From Pyrinomonadaceae bacterium (GTDB lineage Bacteria > Acidobacteriota > Blastocatellia > Pyrinomonadales > Pyrinomonadaceae): a stretch of DNA of 64,000 nt. This document shows positions 37,871 through 48,113 of the stretch, in pieces (position 1 is the stretch's first letter; every line of letters starts with the position of its first letter). The DNA lies in NCBI GenBank assembly GCA_046313635.1, contig JBKBYA010000002.1, forward strand, positions 288,001 through 352,000, read 5' to 3'. Below the pieces are notes generated by a model. It did not search any database. It saw only the letters and a program-made list of their open reading frames with translations, and was not told the origin of the DNA. The position numbers and the translations under genes are program-made.

Positions 37871-39883
37871 ATGCCGAGACCGAAACGAGGCCGCCTGCGT
37901 AGCTGGCTTTACGGTGAGGCGGCCGAGATCGAAGGGCCGCACGAGCGCGAGGGCAAGCATCAAAAGCATCCGTGGTGGAAGGTGATGTGCCTCACCGGCG
38001 TCGATTACTTTTCGACGCTTGGCTATCAGCCCGGCATAGCCTTTCTTGCCGCCGGCGTTCTTTCGCCGGTCGCTACGCTCCTTTTGGTCCTCCTCACCCT
38101 ATTCGGCGCCCTGCCGATCTATAGCCAGGTCGCAAGAGAGAGCCCTCACGGCGAAGGTTCGATCGCGATGCTCGAGGCGCTCTTTGACCGATGGAAGGCA
38201 AAGCTCTTCGTGCTCGTCCTGCTTGGCTTTGTCGCAACTGACTTTGTCATCACGATCACGCTCTCGGCCGCGGATGCGACGGCGCACATCCTCGAGAACC
38301 CGTACGTAAAGGACCGCCTCGCTTTTTTAGAGCATCCGGTCATCGTCACTCTGATCCTGGTCGGTTTGCTCGGGATCGTCTTTCTCAAAGGCTTCAAAGA
38401 GGCGATCGGTCTTGCCGTCGTGCTGGTCGCGACATACCTGCTGCTCAATCTTGTGGTGGTCGCCGCCGGCATTTACGAGGTTGCGACCCACCCGAGCCTC
38501 CTCGTCGATTGGCGGACAGCACTGTTTGCAACCAAGACGTCGGGCGGCGCGAGCGGCATTTTTGTAATTGTCGGTCTCTCGCTATTGGCGTTTCCACGGC
38601 TTGCATTGGGCCTTTCGGGGTTTGAGACCGGTGTCGCGGTGATGCCGCTGGTCAAGAATCCGGGCCGTATCGAGAATACGCGCAAGCTGCTCGCATCGGC
38701 GGCGCTGATCATGAGCTTTATGCTGATCGCGAGCAGTCTGGTGACAAGCATACTCATTCCGCGCGAGGCATTTTGCCCGCAGGTCTCGTGCGCGCTGGCC
38801 GAAGAGCGCTCCGAAGCGCCCGAATATTGCGGATGCAGCGAGCCGGAGATAGCGGCCGCAATCGTGCGCGAGAGGGGCGAGGCAAACGGCCGTGCGCTCT
38901 CGTATATCGCGCATCTCTATCTCGGAGAATTTTTCGGCACGCTGTACGATCTGAGCACGATCTTTATCCTGTGGTTTGCCGGAGCCTCGGCGATGGCCGG
39001 ACTACTGAATATCGTGCCGCGCTACCTGCCGCGATACGGCATGGCCCCCGAATGGGCCGGCGCCGCACGCCCGCTGGTGCTTGTCTTTACGGCGATCTGT
39101 TTTGCCGTGACGATCTGGTTCGAAGCTGACGTCGACGCGCAGGGCGGCGCTTATGCTACAGGCGTGCTCGTGCTGATGTCCTCGGCGGCGGTCGCCGTCA
39201 CTCTGTCGGCATGGAGAAAGGGCGGGGCCTTGCGGCTCGCATACGCCGCGATAGCGACGGTCTTTATCTACACCGCGATCGCCAACATCATCGAGCGGCC
39301 CGACGGTATAAAGATCGCGTCGTTCTTTATCCTCTCGATCATCGGCGCGTCGTTCGTTTCGCGGGCGCTGAGATCGACCGAGGTACGTATCGACCGGGTC
39401 GAGCTCGACGACGCCGCTCGTGCCTTTATTGACGAATTAAGCGCCGAGGGCGACATCAGGATCATCGCCAACCGGCGCGAGCAGGGCGACGTGACCGAGT
39501 ATCGATTCAAGGAGCACGAAAAACGCGTTGACAACCACATCCCTTCATCCGATCCGATACTCTTCTATGAGGTCGATACAGGCGACGCGTCGGAGTTCAA
39601 GGGCAAGATCAAGGTCAGCGGCATAGACATCGGCGGTTACCGCATACTGCGCACGCAGGCGCCCGCCGTGCCCAACGCGATCGCGGCCTTTTTGCTCTAC
39701 CTTCGCGAGCGTACGGGCAAGGTGCCTCACGTCTACTTTGCGTGGAGCGAGGGAAATCCGCTGATGTATATGATCAGGTACGTGCTGCTCGGCGAGGGCG
39801 ATACCGCGCCCGTCACGCGCGAGATCCTGCGGCAGGCCGAGCCCGACCCGGAGCTGCGGCCGAACGTCCACGTCGGCGGATGA
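37871..39883 (+). CDS. APC-superfamily transporter, KimA/KUP-like (copy 2, tandem paralog)
   Basis: Same motifs. The C-terminus [30 protein letters not shown] is identical to copy 1. Confidence 0.8.
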   Translation: MPRPKRGRLRSWLYGEAAEIEGPHEREGKHQKHPWWKVMCLTGVDYFSTLGYQPGIAFLAAGVLSPVATLLLVLLTLFGALPIYSQVARESPHGEGSIAMLEALFDRWKAKLFVLVLLGFVATDFVITITLSAADATAHILENPYVKDRLAFLEHPVIVTLILVGLLGIVFLKGFKEAIGLAVVLVATYLLLNLVVVAAGIYEVATHPSLLVDWRTALFATKTSGGASGIFVIVGLSLLAFPRLALGLSGFETGVAVMPLVKNPGRIENTRKLLASAALIMSFMLIASSLVTSILIPREAFCPQVSCALAEERSEAPEYCGCSEPEIAAAIVRERGEANGRALSYIAHLYLGEFFGTLYDLSTIFILWFAGASAMAGLLNIVPRYLPRYGMAPEWAGAARPLVLVFTAICFAVTIWFEADVDAQGGAYATGVLVLMSSAAVAVTLSAWRKGGALRLAYAAIATVFIYTAIANIIERPDGIKIASFFILSIIGASFVSRALRSTEVRIDRVELDDAARAFIDELSAEGDIRIIANRREQGDVTEYRFKEHEKRVDNHIPSSDPILFYEVDTGDASEFKGKIKVSGIDIGGYRILRTQAPAVPNAIAAFLLYLRERTGKVPHVYFAWSEGNPLMYMIRYVLLGEGDTAPVTREILRQAEPDPELRPNVHVGG

Positions 39884-39912
39884 TCATCTTGGGAGAAGAA
39901 TGTCCGAGTTAG

Positions 39913-40302
39913 CTATCGCTGACCGGAATTGAGGAGATGCGGATTCATCTCCAAAAAGCAGGAACGGCAATAGACCGGCCGGCCCTGGGATGGATAGAAC
40001 GGGACCGTGGTCACGCTCTGGCAGCGGGCGCATGCGACAGAGACCTCTATCCGCTGCTTGACCCCCATTGCCTGGGCGGTCGAGATCGCGGCGATCCTCT
40101 CATTCTTGGCTTGTTTGCATTCCTTGCAGCGTTTGGGCGGATTTTGCAATCCCTTGTCACGAAAAAAGATCTGTTCACCGACCGTCCAAGTAAACGTCTT
40201 GCCGCAGTCGATACATAGAATGGGCTTGTCTTGCAGTTCGGATGCTTCCGAGAGGGCGACGCCGTAGGCTCCTCCGGCTCCGTCGAGATCGTTGGTGTTC
40301 AT
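39913..40302 (-). CDS. Zinc-ribbon / CxxC-x17-CxxC domain protein
   Basis: CIDCGKTFTWTVGEQIFFRDKGLQNPPKRCKEC followed by CARC...VPFYPSQGRPVYCRSCF. Confidence 0.88.
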   Translation of the reverse strand: MNTNDLDGAGGAYGVALSEASELQDKPILCIDCGKTFTWTVGEQIFFRDKGLQNPPKRCKECKQAKNERIAAISTAQAMGVKQRIEVSVACARCQSVTTVPFYPSQGRPVYCRSCFLEMNPHLLNSGQR

Positions 40303-40531
40303 ACTTACTACCCCTAATCTTCAATTGTAAGTCGAGGCAGCTTGCAGAGGCCGCGGCCGGGAGAAACGACCGCACTTCTGAAAGCCGATCTGATTATAGT
40401 AGATTCTACTTTCGCGGGAGCATCTGTTTACGACTTAATGTTTGGGCTGATTCGAACTTATAACTTACCGTATATCGTGTCAAGTAATTCTCCTTTGTCA
40501 GGCCGCGACAAAGCTTTGTTCTGTTGAGTTT

Positions 40532-41809
40532 ATGAAGGTTTTGGTGATCGGGTCAGGCGGTCGCGAGCATGCGATCTGCACGGCGTTCGCGCGGAGTGCG
40601 CGCGTGGACAAGATCTACTGCGCAAACGGCAACGCGGGCATTGCAGCGGTCGCAGAATGCATCGCGATTAAACCTGACGAGATCGCGGAGCTCGCCGACT
40701 TTGCCGAGCGAGAGGCGATCGACCTCACCTTTGTCGGCGGCGAGACGGCGCTCGCGCTCGGCATCGTTGACGAATTTGAAAAGCGTGGGTCGCGCATCGT
40801 CGGACCGAGTTGCGCGGCGGCCCGGCTCGAGGCGAGCAAGTCGTTCGCAAAGGACTTCATGGCTCGGCATAACGTGCCGACCGCGCGCTACAAGGTCGCA
40901 GATTCGCCGAGCGCCGCGATCTCGATGCTGGAGAGCGGACATTTTGGAGGCCGCGATACGCCTGTCGTCGTCAAGGCCGACGGCCTCGCCGCGGGCAAGG
41001 GAGTCGTCGTCGCGCGCGACCGCGCCGAGGCCGTCGAGGCACTCAGCGAACTTGCCGCGGTCGTCGGCGAGGCCGCGATGGAAAGGATCGTGCTCGAAGA
41101 GTGCCTGTTTGGCCGCGAGGTCTCGCTGCTGATGTTTGCGGACGGTGAGAATTTCAAGCTTATGCCGCCCGTGCGCGATCACAAGCGGATCGGCGAGGGC
41201 GACACGGGCCCGAACACCGGCGGCATGGGCACGATCACCGACGATTCGCTGCTTGACGACGAGCAGACGAGCACGATCGTCGAAACGATCATTCGCCCGA
41301 CGCTGAGCGGCTGCTTGCGCGAGGGATTCAGATTTCGCGGCGTGCTGTTTCTCGGGCTGATGATGACCGTCGACGGGCCAAAGGTCCTTGAGTACAACGT
41401 CCGCTTCGGCGATCCGGAGACACAGGCGATACTTGTGAGGCTCGAGACCGACATCGTCGAGATCTGCGAAGCGATGCTCGACGGCTCGCTCGACCGACTC
41501 GATATCAGATGGAAGCCGGGCAGCTCGGCCTGCGTGATCCTCGCCGCCGAGGACTATCCGGCCAAACCGCGCACCGGCGATGCGATCTCGGGTCTCGACG
41601 CGGCGGCCGCGATCGACGGCGTCACCGTCTTTCACTCGGGCACGGCTCGCGGCGTCAGCGGCGAGCTCGTCACAGCGGGCGGCCGCGTGCTCGGCGTGAC
41701 CGCCTCAGCTCGAGACCTCGATGCGGCGATCGCGCTCGCCTACGCAGCCGTATCGCAGATCTCCTGGGACGGGATGCAGTATCGCCGAGACATCGGCAGG
41801 ACGCGCTGA
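40532..41809 (+). CDS. purD: Phosphoribosylamine--glycine ligase
   Basis: GSGGREHA, KADGLAAGKGV, DHKRIGEGDTGPNTGGMG, EYNVRFGDPETQ, GGRVL. Confidence 0.98.
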   Translation: MKVLVIGSGGREHAICTAFARSARVDKIYCANGNAGIAAVAECIAIKPDEIAELADFAEREAIDLTFVGGETALALGIVDEFEKRGSRIVGPSCAAARLEASKSFAKDFMARHNVPTARYKVADSPSAAISMLESGHFGGRDTPVVVKADGLAAGKGVVVARDRAEAVEALSELAAVVGEAAMERIVLEECLFGREVSLLMFADGENFKLMPPVRDHKRIGEGDTGPNTGGMGTITDDSLLDDEQTSTIVETIIRPTLSGCLREGFRFRGVLFLGLMMTVDGPKVLEYNVRFGDPETQAILVRLETDIVEICEAMLDGSLDRLDIRWKPGSSACVILAAEDYPAKPRTGDAISGLDAAAAIDGVTVFHSGTARGVSGELVTAGGRVLGVTASARDLDAAIALAYAAVSQISWDGMQYRRDIGRTR

Positions 41810-41846
41810 GATCTGCCGTTTGAAATAACGCGACCTGACCTGGCGA

Positions 41847-42389
41847 TCAATCAAATGACCGTCCGATCCCGGGCAGCCCCATCGCTTGTCTCCAAACCGA
41901 GACCTGCCCGACGTGAAATGCCGTATGTCCGACGAGCACCTGCGTCAGCGAATGCCGCACCGTCGGGAAGACCGCGCGATACTCCGGAACAGGGAATTCG
42001 AGCTCGAGGTCGGCGTCGTCAACCCGCGCGAGCGCCGCGACAAATCGAGAACGCGCGTCGTCGAGCATCTCGAGGAGCTTCTGCTTTGATTCGTAACTGC
42101 CCGCGTCCGCGACCGGCTTGCTGCCGCTGCCGTATCGCGACTCCCAGTCGTCGGGCAGCCACGGCTCGAGACCGACAACGCCGCCCAGAAGCTGGCAGAC
42201 ATATATCGGATGTCCGACGGTCCATGCCGGGTGATTGGCGACCGCGGCGGGCACCGCCGTGATGTCGTCGACGTCCGACACCTGATCGCGAAGGTATTCG
42301 AGACAGTAGCCGAAACTGTGAATTACCGGATCGAGATGCCTTGAAGCGTGAGTCTGCGGCCCCGAACCGCTGTTTGAACTTCTTGTCAT
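41847..42389 (-). CDS. DinB-like family protein
   Basis: NHPAWTVGH ... HTAFHVGQV..WR. Confidence 0.8.
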   Translation of the reverse strand: MTRSSNSGSGPQTHASRHLDPVIHSFGYCLEYLRDQVSDVDDITAVPAAVANHPAWTVGHPIYVCQLLGGVVGLEPWLPDDWESRYGSGSKPVADAGSYESKQKLLEMLDDARSRFVAALARVDDADLELEFPVPEYRAVFPTVRHSLTQVLVGHTAFHVGQVSVWRQAMGLPGIGRSFD

Positions 42390-42440
42390 TCTGAACTCCT
42401 TTATCGTGAGCGCCGCGGCGGGCCGAGCGCGATCGCAGCG

Positions 42441-43034
42441 TTATTTCTTGAACGGGGCTTCGCTCCGCGCGTCGCCGTCCACGCTTATCTTGCGCCTGAT
42501 GATCTTGTTGTTGTCCTTTTGCACGTCGAGCAGGTCGAGGTAGAGCTTGTCGTCCTCGCCGAGCCGCAGAAGGCCCGCAACGCCCGTTTGCCGGTTGGTA
42601 AAGCGAAGGTACGCGCCGCCCTTCGGGTCGGCCACGATGTGAATGCGCTCGGTGCTCCGCTCGGGGTCGCCCGCGACCGGCGGAGCGTCAAACCCCATCC
42701 CCATCTGCCCGTTGTCCATAATGCCGACGCCGAATCGTTCATAGCCTTGCGGATCGAGAATGATCATTCCGGCCGCCGCGCTGACACGCTTGCCGCGATG
42801 CGGCGGGTCGGGCACCGGAGCTCCCATGATGACGCGCTCGCGGCCCTGCTCGTCGACGATGATCAGCCCGCGTGTGCGAATGACGGGCGAGACGGCCGCG
42901 GCTTTTTCGTCGATCGTTTTCGACTGCGCCTCGGCCGACGGAAAGATGCCGACGGCCGACTGCAGCAGCAGGCCCCAGACGCCGACCACCAAGAGGATGA
43001 GAAGTGTCTTTGTGATGCGATCGAACTTGTACAT
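42441..43034 (-). CDS. Hypothetical secreted or membrane-anchored protein
   Basis: N-terminal TM, IRTRGLIIVDEQGRERVIMGAPVPDP, GGAGAG RBS. Confidence 0.7.
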   Translation of the reverse strand: MYKFDRITKTLLILLVVGVWGLLLQSAVGIFPSAEAQSKTIDEKAAAVSPVIRTRGLIIVDEQGRERVIMGAPVPDPPHRGKRVSAAAGMIILDPQGYERFGVGIMDNGQMGMGFDAPPVAGDPERSTERIHIVADPKGGAYLRFTNRQTGVAGLLRLGEDDKLYLDLLDVQKDNNKIIRRKISVDGDARSEAPFKK

Positions 43035-43141
43035 ATGTCTCTCCGGCGGACCGAGCGTGCGGGCAGCGGGCCGGCCGCGATGTCGCGGTCTTGCGCGGCG
43101 TGCGGCGCGATCTCAACCCCTAACGCGTAATTTGCCGCGGA

Positions 43142-44074
43142 TCAGCGCCTGATGGCAGAGAGTTTTTGTTCGAAGTCGGCAGCTTCTTTTTTGAGGTTGT
43201 TTTGGCGAGCGTACCTGATCAGGCGTTGATATCGATCGGCCGGCGAGAGCCTGGAGAGCCAGGCGATCTTGGCGGTGCATTCGGGGCACGCGTCGACGGG
43301 GATGCTGTCGGTCTCGCCGAGGTGATTGGAGCCGTTCATCACGCATTCGTACCTTGTGCAGTGGCGGATCGTGAACATATGCCCGACCTCGTGCGCGGCG
43401 ATCTTGAGCGTGCGGCGGAGGAACGTGTCGTGATCCGCCTGATCGTCGAGACGCGCGAGCGACCAGACGCCGACTCGAGCTTGGAGACTCGCCTGACCGA
43501 AGACGTAATTCATCGACGGATCGGGAAAGAGGTCTTCGCTGGTCAGCGCGATCAACGCGGCGGCGTCTGCAAGAAGCTGCGGAGCGAGGATCTCGTCGAG
43601 GATGTAGCCGGTGCGGACCTGACGGTTTTGCTGGTAGGGAAGCTTGCGAAAGTCGATGAGTCGAAGGGGCTCCTTAAATTTTTGCGTCGCGAGCAGCTCC
43701 GTCGGCAGACCGTAAAACGCCTCGAGCCAGCCGGCGGTGATGCGAATGATCTTTGCCTGCTCGCTCGTGAATCGACCGAGCGGGAGGATGTAGATCTTTC
43801 GCCGTTCGGGGGTGGGGAGCGTCGGGTTCTCATTGATGTACTCCTCGAACGTCTGGCCCGGCTCGTTGTGCGACTCGAGCCAGTCGCCGGGCTGAATCTC
43901 GGTTTTCGGTTTGGCGAATGGCTGGAGAGATTCGATCGTGCGCTGAGATTCTTCGGAAACTTGGGTGCGTCGTGACTCGGGGGGCATCGCGTTCGATGCC
44001 GGCGGCTCCGTGTTTGCACAGGCGGTGAGCAACGCGGCAAGAAACGCAGCTGCAACTTTAGCTTTGTGGGTCAT
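43142..44074 (-). CDS. Archaemetzincin-like (M54) zinc metalloprotease, lipoprotein
   Basis: HEVGHMFTIRHC...CVMNGSN...CPEC, NYVFGQA, lipobox LTAC. Confidence 0.88.
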   Translation of the reverse strand: MTHKAKVAAAFLAALLTACANTEPPASNAMPPESRRTQVSEESQRTIESLQPFAKPKTEIQPGDWLESHNEPGQTFEEYINENPTLPTPERRKIYILPLGRFTSEQAKIIRITAGWLEAFYGLPTELLATQKFKEPLRLIDFRKLPYQQNRQVRTGYILDEILAPQLLADAAALIALTSEDLFPDPSMNYVFGQASLQARVGVWSLARLDDQADHDTFLRRTLKIAAHEVGHMFTIRHCTRYECVMNGSNHLGETDSIPVDACPECTAKIAWLSRLSPADRYQRLIRYARQNNLKKEAADFEQKLSAIRR

Positions 44075-44169
44075 TGCTTCATTGACTTCGTCGATGACTT
44101 TCGACCGAAACGCACGGTCACGCCGGCGCGGCACCAATCCGTTAGAGAAGCTGGCGGAGCCGTAGATCT

Positions 44170-45417
<1,248 letters not shown>

Positions 45418-45425
45418 GGGTCTTC

Positions 45426-45569
45426 AGTGATTAGTGACAAGTGACAAGTGACAAGTGACAAGTGACAAGTGACAAATGCGGAGTGACGAGTAACAGATGT
45501 TCGAATTCGGAATCGGAAACGAGCAGATCCCACTTATCTCGTCACTCGTCACTTGCCACTCGTCACTTG
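45426..45569. repeat. Inverted pair of heptamer arrays between the EamA gene and aroC
   Basis: (AGTGACA)6 at 45433-45474 plus degenerate units. Complementary arm CGTCACT CGTCACT TGCCACT CGTCACT at about 45540-45567. Confidence 0.92.
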
Positions 45570-46444
45570 CCGGCCGTTACTCTCCTCCGAAAAACTATCA
45601 TTCCGATGCTCGCGATGATCAGCAGTCCGCCGGCGAGCGTTTGGGGCGGCATCGTTTCGCCTAATGCGGCCGCGCCGATGACGACGGCGAGCAGCGGCGT
45701 GACGAGCGAGATCATCATCGCCTTGGTCGACTCGATTCTACTTAACAGCCAGTAGTAAAGCCAAAATGCGGCGACGGTGCCGAGCACGGTCAGGTAGAGA
45801 ACGCAGCCGATGGCCGTCCACGTCCAATCATGTTTGAGCGGGCTGCCCTCGACCGCCAACGCGTACGCGACGATCACGGGCAGGCCGCACAGCATCTGCA
45901 TGCAGACGAGGCTCGCCGGGTGAATGCCGGCGCCTTTGGCCTTGACCAGTATCGAAGCCTGCGCCGCCGCGTACGAACCGGCGACGACCGCGACGCAGCC
46001 GAGAAACGCCATATAGCTCTCGACCCGGAGCTGATCGTAAAAAATGACGGCGACGCCGGCGATGCCCGTGACGACCGCGACGATCTTGAGCGGCGTGATC
46101 CTCTCGGCCGGCAAAAATATCCACGCCAGCACCAGACCAAAGACGGTTATCATCGCCTGCAGCACCGCCGCCAGTCCCGACGTGATGTGCTGCTCCGCCC
46201 AAAAGACCGCGCTGTAATTCAGCGAGAACTGCAAAAATCCCGTCAGGGCGATCAGCTTCCACTGCGACGCCGTGCGGGGAAGCGCAGATCCTTGGATCCT
46301 GATGATCGGTAAAAGTATCAGCACGCCGAGAATGAACCTCGCGGCCGCAAAGGTGATCGGCGGCAGATCGCGAAGCCCGATCTTGATAAAGATCCACGTC
46401 GTGCTCCAGATGATGCAGAGAATGATCCAGACGAGGACGTTCAT
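45563..46444 (-). CDS. EamA/DMT family transporter
   Basis: IWSTTWIFIKIGL..LPPITFAAARF, about 10 TMs. Confidence 0.9.
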   Translation of the reverse strand: MNVLVWIILCIIWSTTWIFIKIGLRDLPPITFAAARFILGVLILLPIIRIQGSALPRTASQWKLIALTGFLQFSLNYSAVFWAEQHITSGLAAVLQAMITVFGLVLAWIFLPAERITPLKIVAVVTGIAGVAVIFYDQLRVESYMAFLGCVAVVAGSYAAAQASILVKAKGAGIHPASLVCMQMLCGLPVIVAYALAVEGSPLKHDWTWTAIGCVLYLTVLGTVAAFWLYYWLLSRIESTKAMMISLVTPLLAVVIGAAALGETMPPQTLAGGLLIIASIGMIVFRRRVTAGK

Positions 46445-46995
46445 TTTGCCTCGTAAAAGCTCAGGATGGTATCGCCCTGCTTGAGTGTGCGCCAGCGGCG
46501 GAGATGGCCGACCGTTTCGGGCATCTGCTTTTTGGCGTGATGCTCGACGATCAGGACGCCATCCTCTGCGAGCAGATGATCGGCCCGAGAGCCGAAGTCA
46601 AATAGTACCGGCCCGTAATCGCTGTCGTACGGCGGATCGAAAAAGACAATGTCCCACGGTCTTTCATTGGGCCGGCCGGTAAAGTTCTCGGCCGGCAGAC
46701 AGACGACGTCGGTCTGCTCTTCGGGCACTGCAAGGGCGTCGAGATTTTCCTCGATAAGAGCGCAGACCCGGCGCGACCGATCGACAAAGGTCGCGTGCTC
46801 CGCTCCGCGCGACAACGCTTCGATCCCGATCGCTCCCGTGCCTGCGCAGAGATCGAGGAATCGCGTTTCGTCATTTATCGACGGGGCGAGAATGTTGAAA
46901 AGGGTTTCGCGGAGGCGGTCGGACGTAGGACGCGTTTTCAGCCCCGACGGGCTGCGCAGGATGCGGCCGCGATAAAGGCCGGCGATCACTCTCAT
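46441..46995 (-). CDS. rsmD: 16S rRNA (guanine966-N2)-methyltransferase
   Basis: MRVIAG..RGR, RPTSDRLRETLFN, DLCAGTGAIGIEALSRGA, FFDPPY. Confidence 0.93.
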   Translation of the reverse strand: MRVIAGLYRGRILRSPSGLKTRPTSDRLRETLFNILAPSINDETRFLDLCAGTGAIGIEALSRGAEHATFVDRSRRVCALIEENLDALAVPEEQTDVVCLPAENFTGRPNERPWDIVFFDPPYDSDYGPVLFDFGSRADHLLAEDGVLIVEHHAKKQMPETVGHLRRWRTLKQGDTILSFYEAK

Positions 46996-47039
46996 TCGCC
47001 TAGTTTAAAAAAGCCGAACGAGTTTGGCCATTCGGCCGG

Positions 47040-47933
47040 TCACTTGCGTTCAAAGACGCTGATCGCCGCGTCGCCCTCGACGAGCACCTTCCTCTTTGTG
47101 AGCAGGCCGATACTGTCGGGAAGCTCGTTCCCAGAGCTGTGTTCGATGGCGAGGATGCCGCCGGGCCGGATCGAGACGCCGTTGCCGAAGTGCTTGAGGT
47201 ACTCGGTGTAGTCGGTCTCGTAAGGCGGCCCGAAGTAGACGACGTCCCAGAAGCGACGCTGACGCTTGACGCGAGCGAGAAAGGCGAGAGCCTCGAGCGG
47301 ACTGATCTCACATCGTCCGCTGCGGACCGAGCAGAGCTCGAGATTCTGTTTGATGATCGAGCACGCGCGCGTCGAGCGCTCGACAAAGGTAACGCTCATC
47401 GCGCCGCGTGACATCGCCTCGAAACCGATAATGCCGCTGCCCGTGCAGATGTCCAGAATACGGGCCGCGCGGACGCGGCGAGCGAGTAGCTTGAACAATG
47501 CGTCACGCAGGCGGCGGTCGGTCGTCCGCGCGTCGGCAAACGGCAGTGCGTTGATCATTCGCCCGAGAAATTTGCCGTCGGTGATCTGGAGATCGGAGGT
47601 GATCTTGACGAGATCGCCGGTCTGCCATGGCCGACGCGAGCGGCCCTTAGCCGCACCGTGCGATCTGTCAGGCCGTTCGCCCCGCCTTCGTGGACGGCCG
47701 TGACCGTCGGATGAGCGGTCTCTGTACCAGTCGCGACCGCCTGCGCCCTGAGGGCCATCGCCGGTCGGGCCTGTGCGCCGCCTGCGGCCGACCGCGGCGT
47801 CGCTGCCGCGCCGCGCTCCGCCGGCCGGCTCGCGCCGCGTAAAGACGCGATCCTGATCTGCTCCGCTGCCGAACGAAGCCGGGCGAGGTCGCCTGCCGAA
47901 ACTTCGGTGATTTGGGGGACGTCTGTTTTCCAT
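47040..47933 (-). CDS. RsmD-like methyltransferase with Arg/Gly-rich N-terminal extension
   Basis: LQITDGKFLGR, LRDALF, DICTGSGIIGFEAMSRGA, YFGPPY. Start trimmed to MENRRPP. Confidence 0.8.
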   Translation of the reverse strand: MENRRPPNHRSFGRRPRPASFGSGADQDRVFTRREPAGGARRGSDAAVGRRRRTGPTGDGPQGAGGRDWYRDRSSDGHGRPRRRGERPDRSHGAAKGRSRRPWQTGDLVKITSDLQITDGKFLGRMINALPFADARTTDRRLRDALFKLLARRVRAARILDICTGSGIIGFEAMSRGAMSVTFVERSTRACSIIKQNLELCSVRSGRCEISPLEALAFLARVKRQRRFWDVVYFGPPYETDYTEYLKHFGNGVSIRPGGILAIEHSSGNELPDSIGLLTKRKVLVEGDAAISVFERK

Positions 47934-48113
47934 GCAAGAGGAGCTGGTTTCGGATGCGACGAGCATCGCTATCCGAGAAAAATGCCGGCGAACTTTAGAC
48001 CGAACGCCGCAGACTGCTATTGGGCCGGAGGCTTGATATTCCAATAAATTGGGCGATTTTGTCCGCAACAAATATAAATAAAGCCCGTTCAAAAAGCCAG
48101 ACAATTTTTTGAT

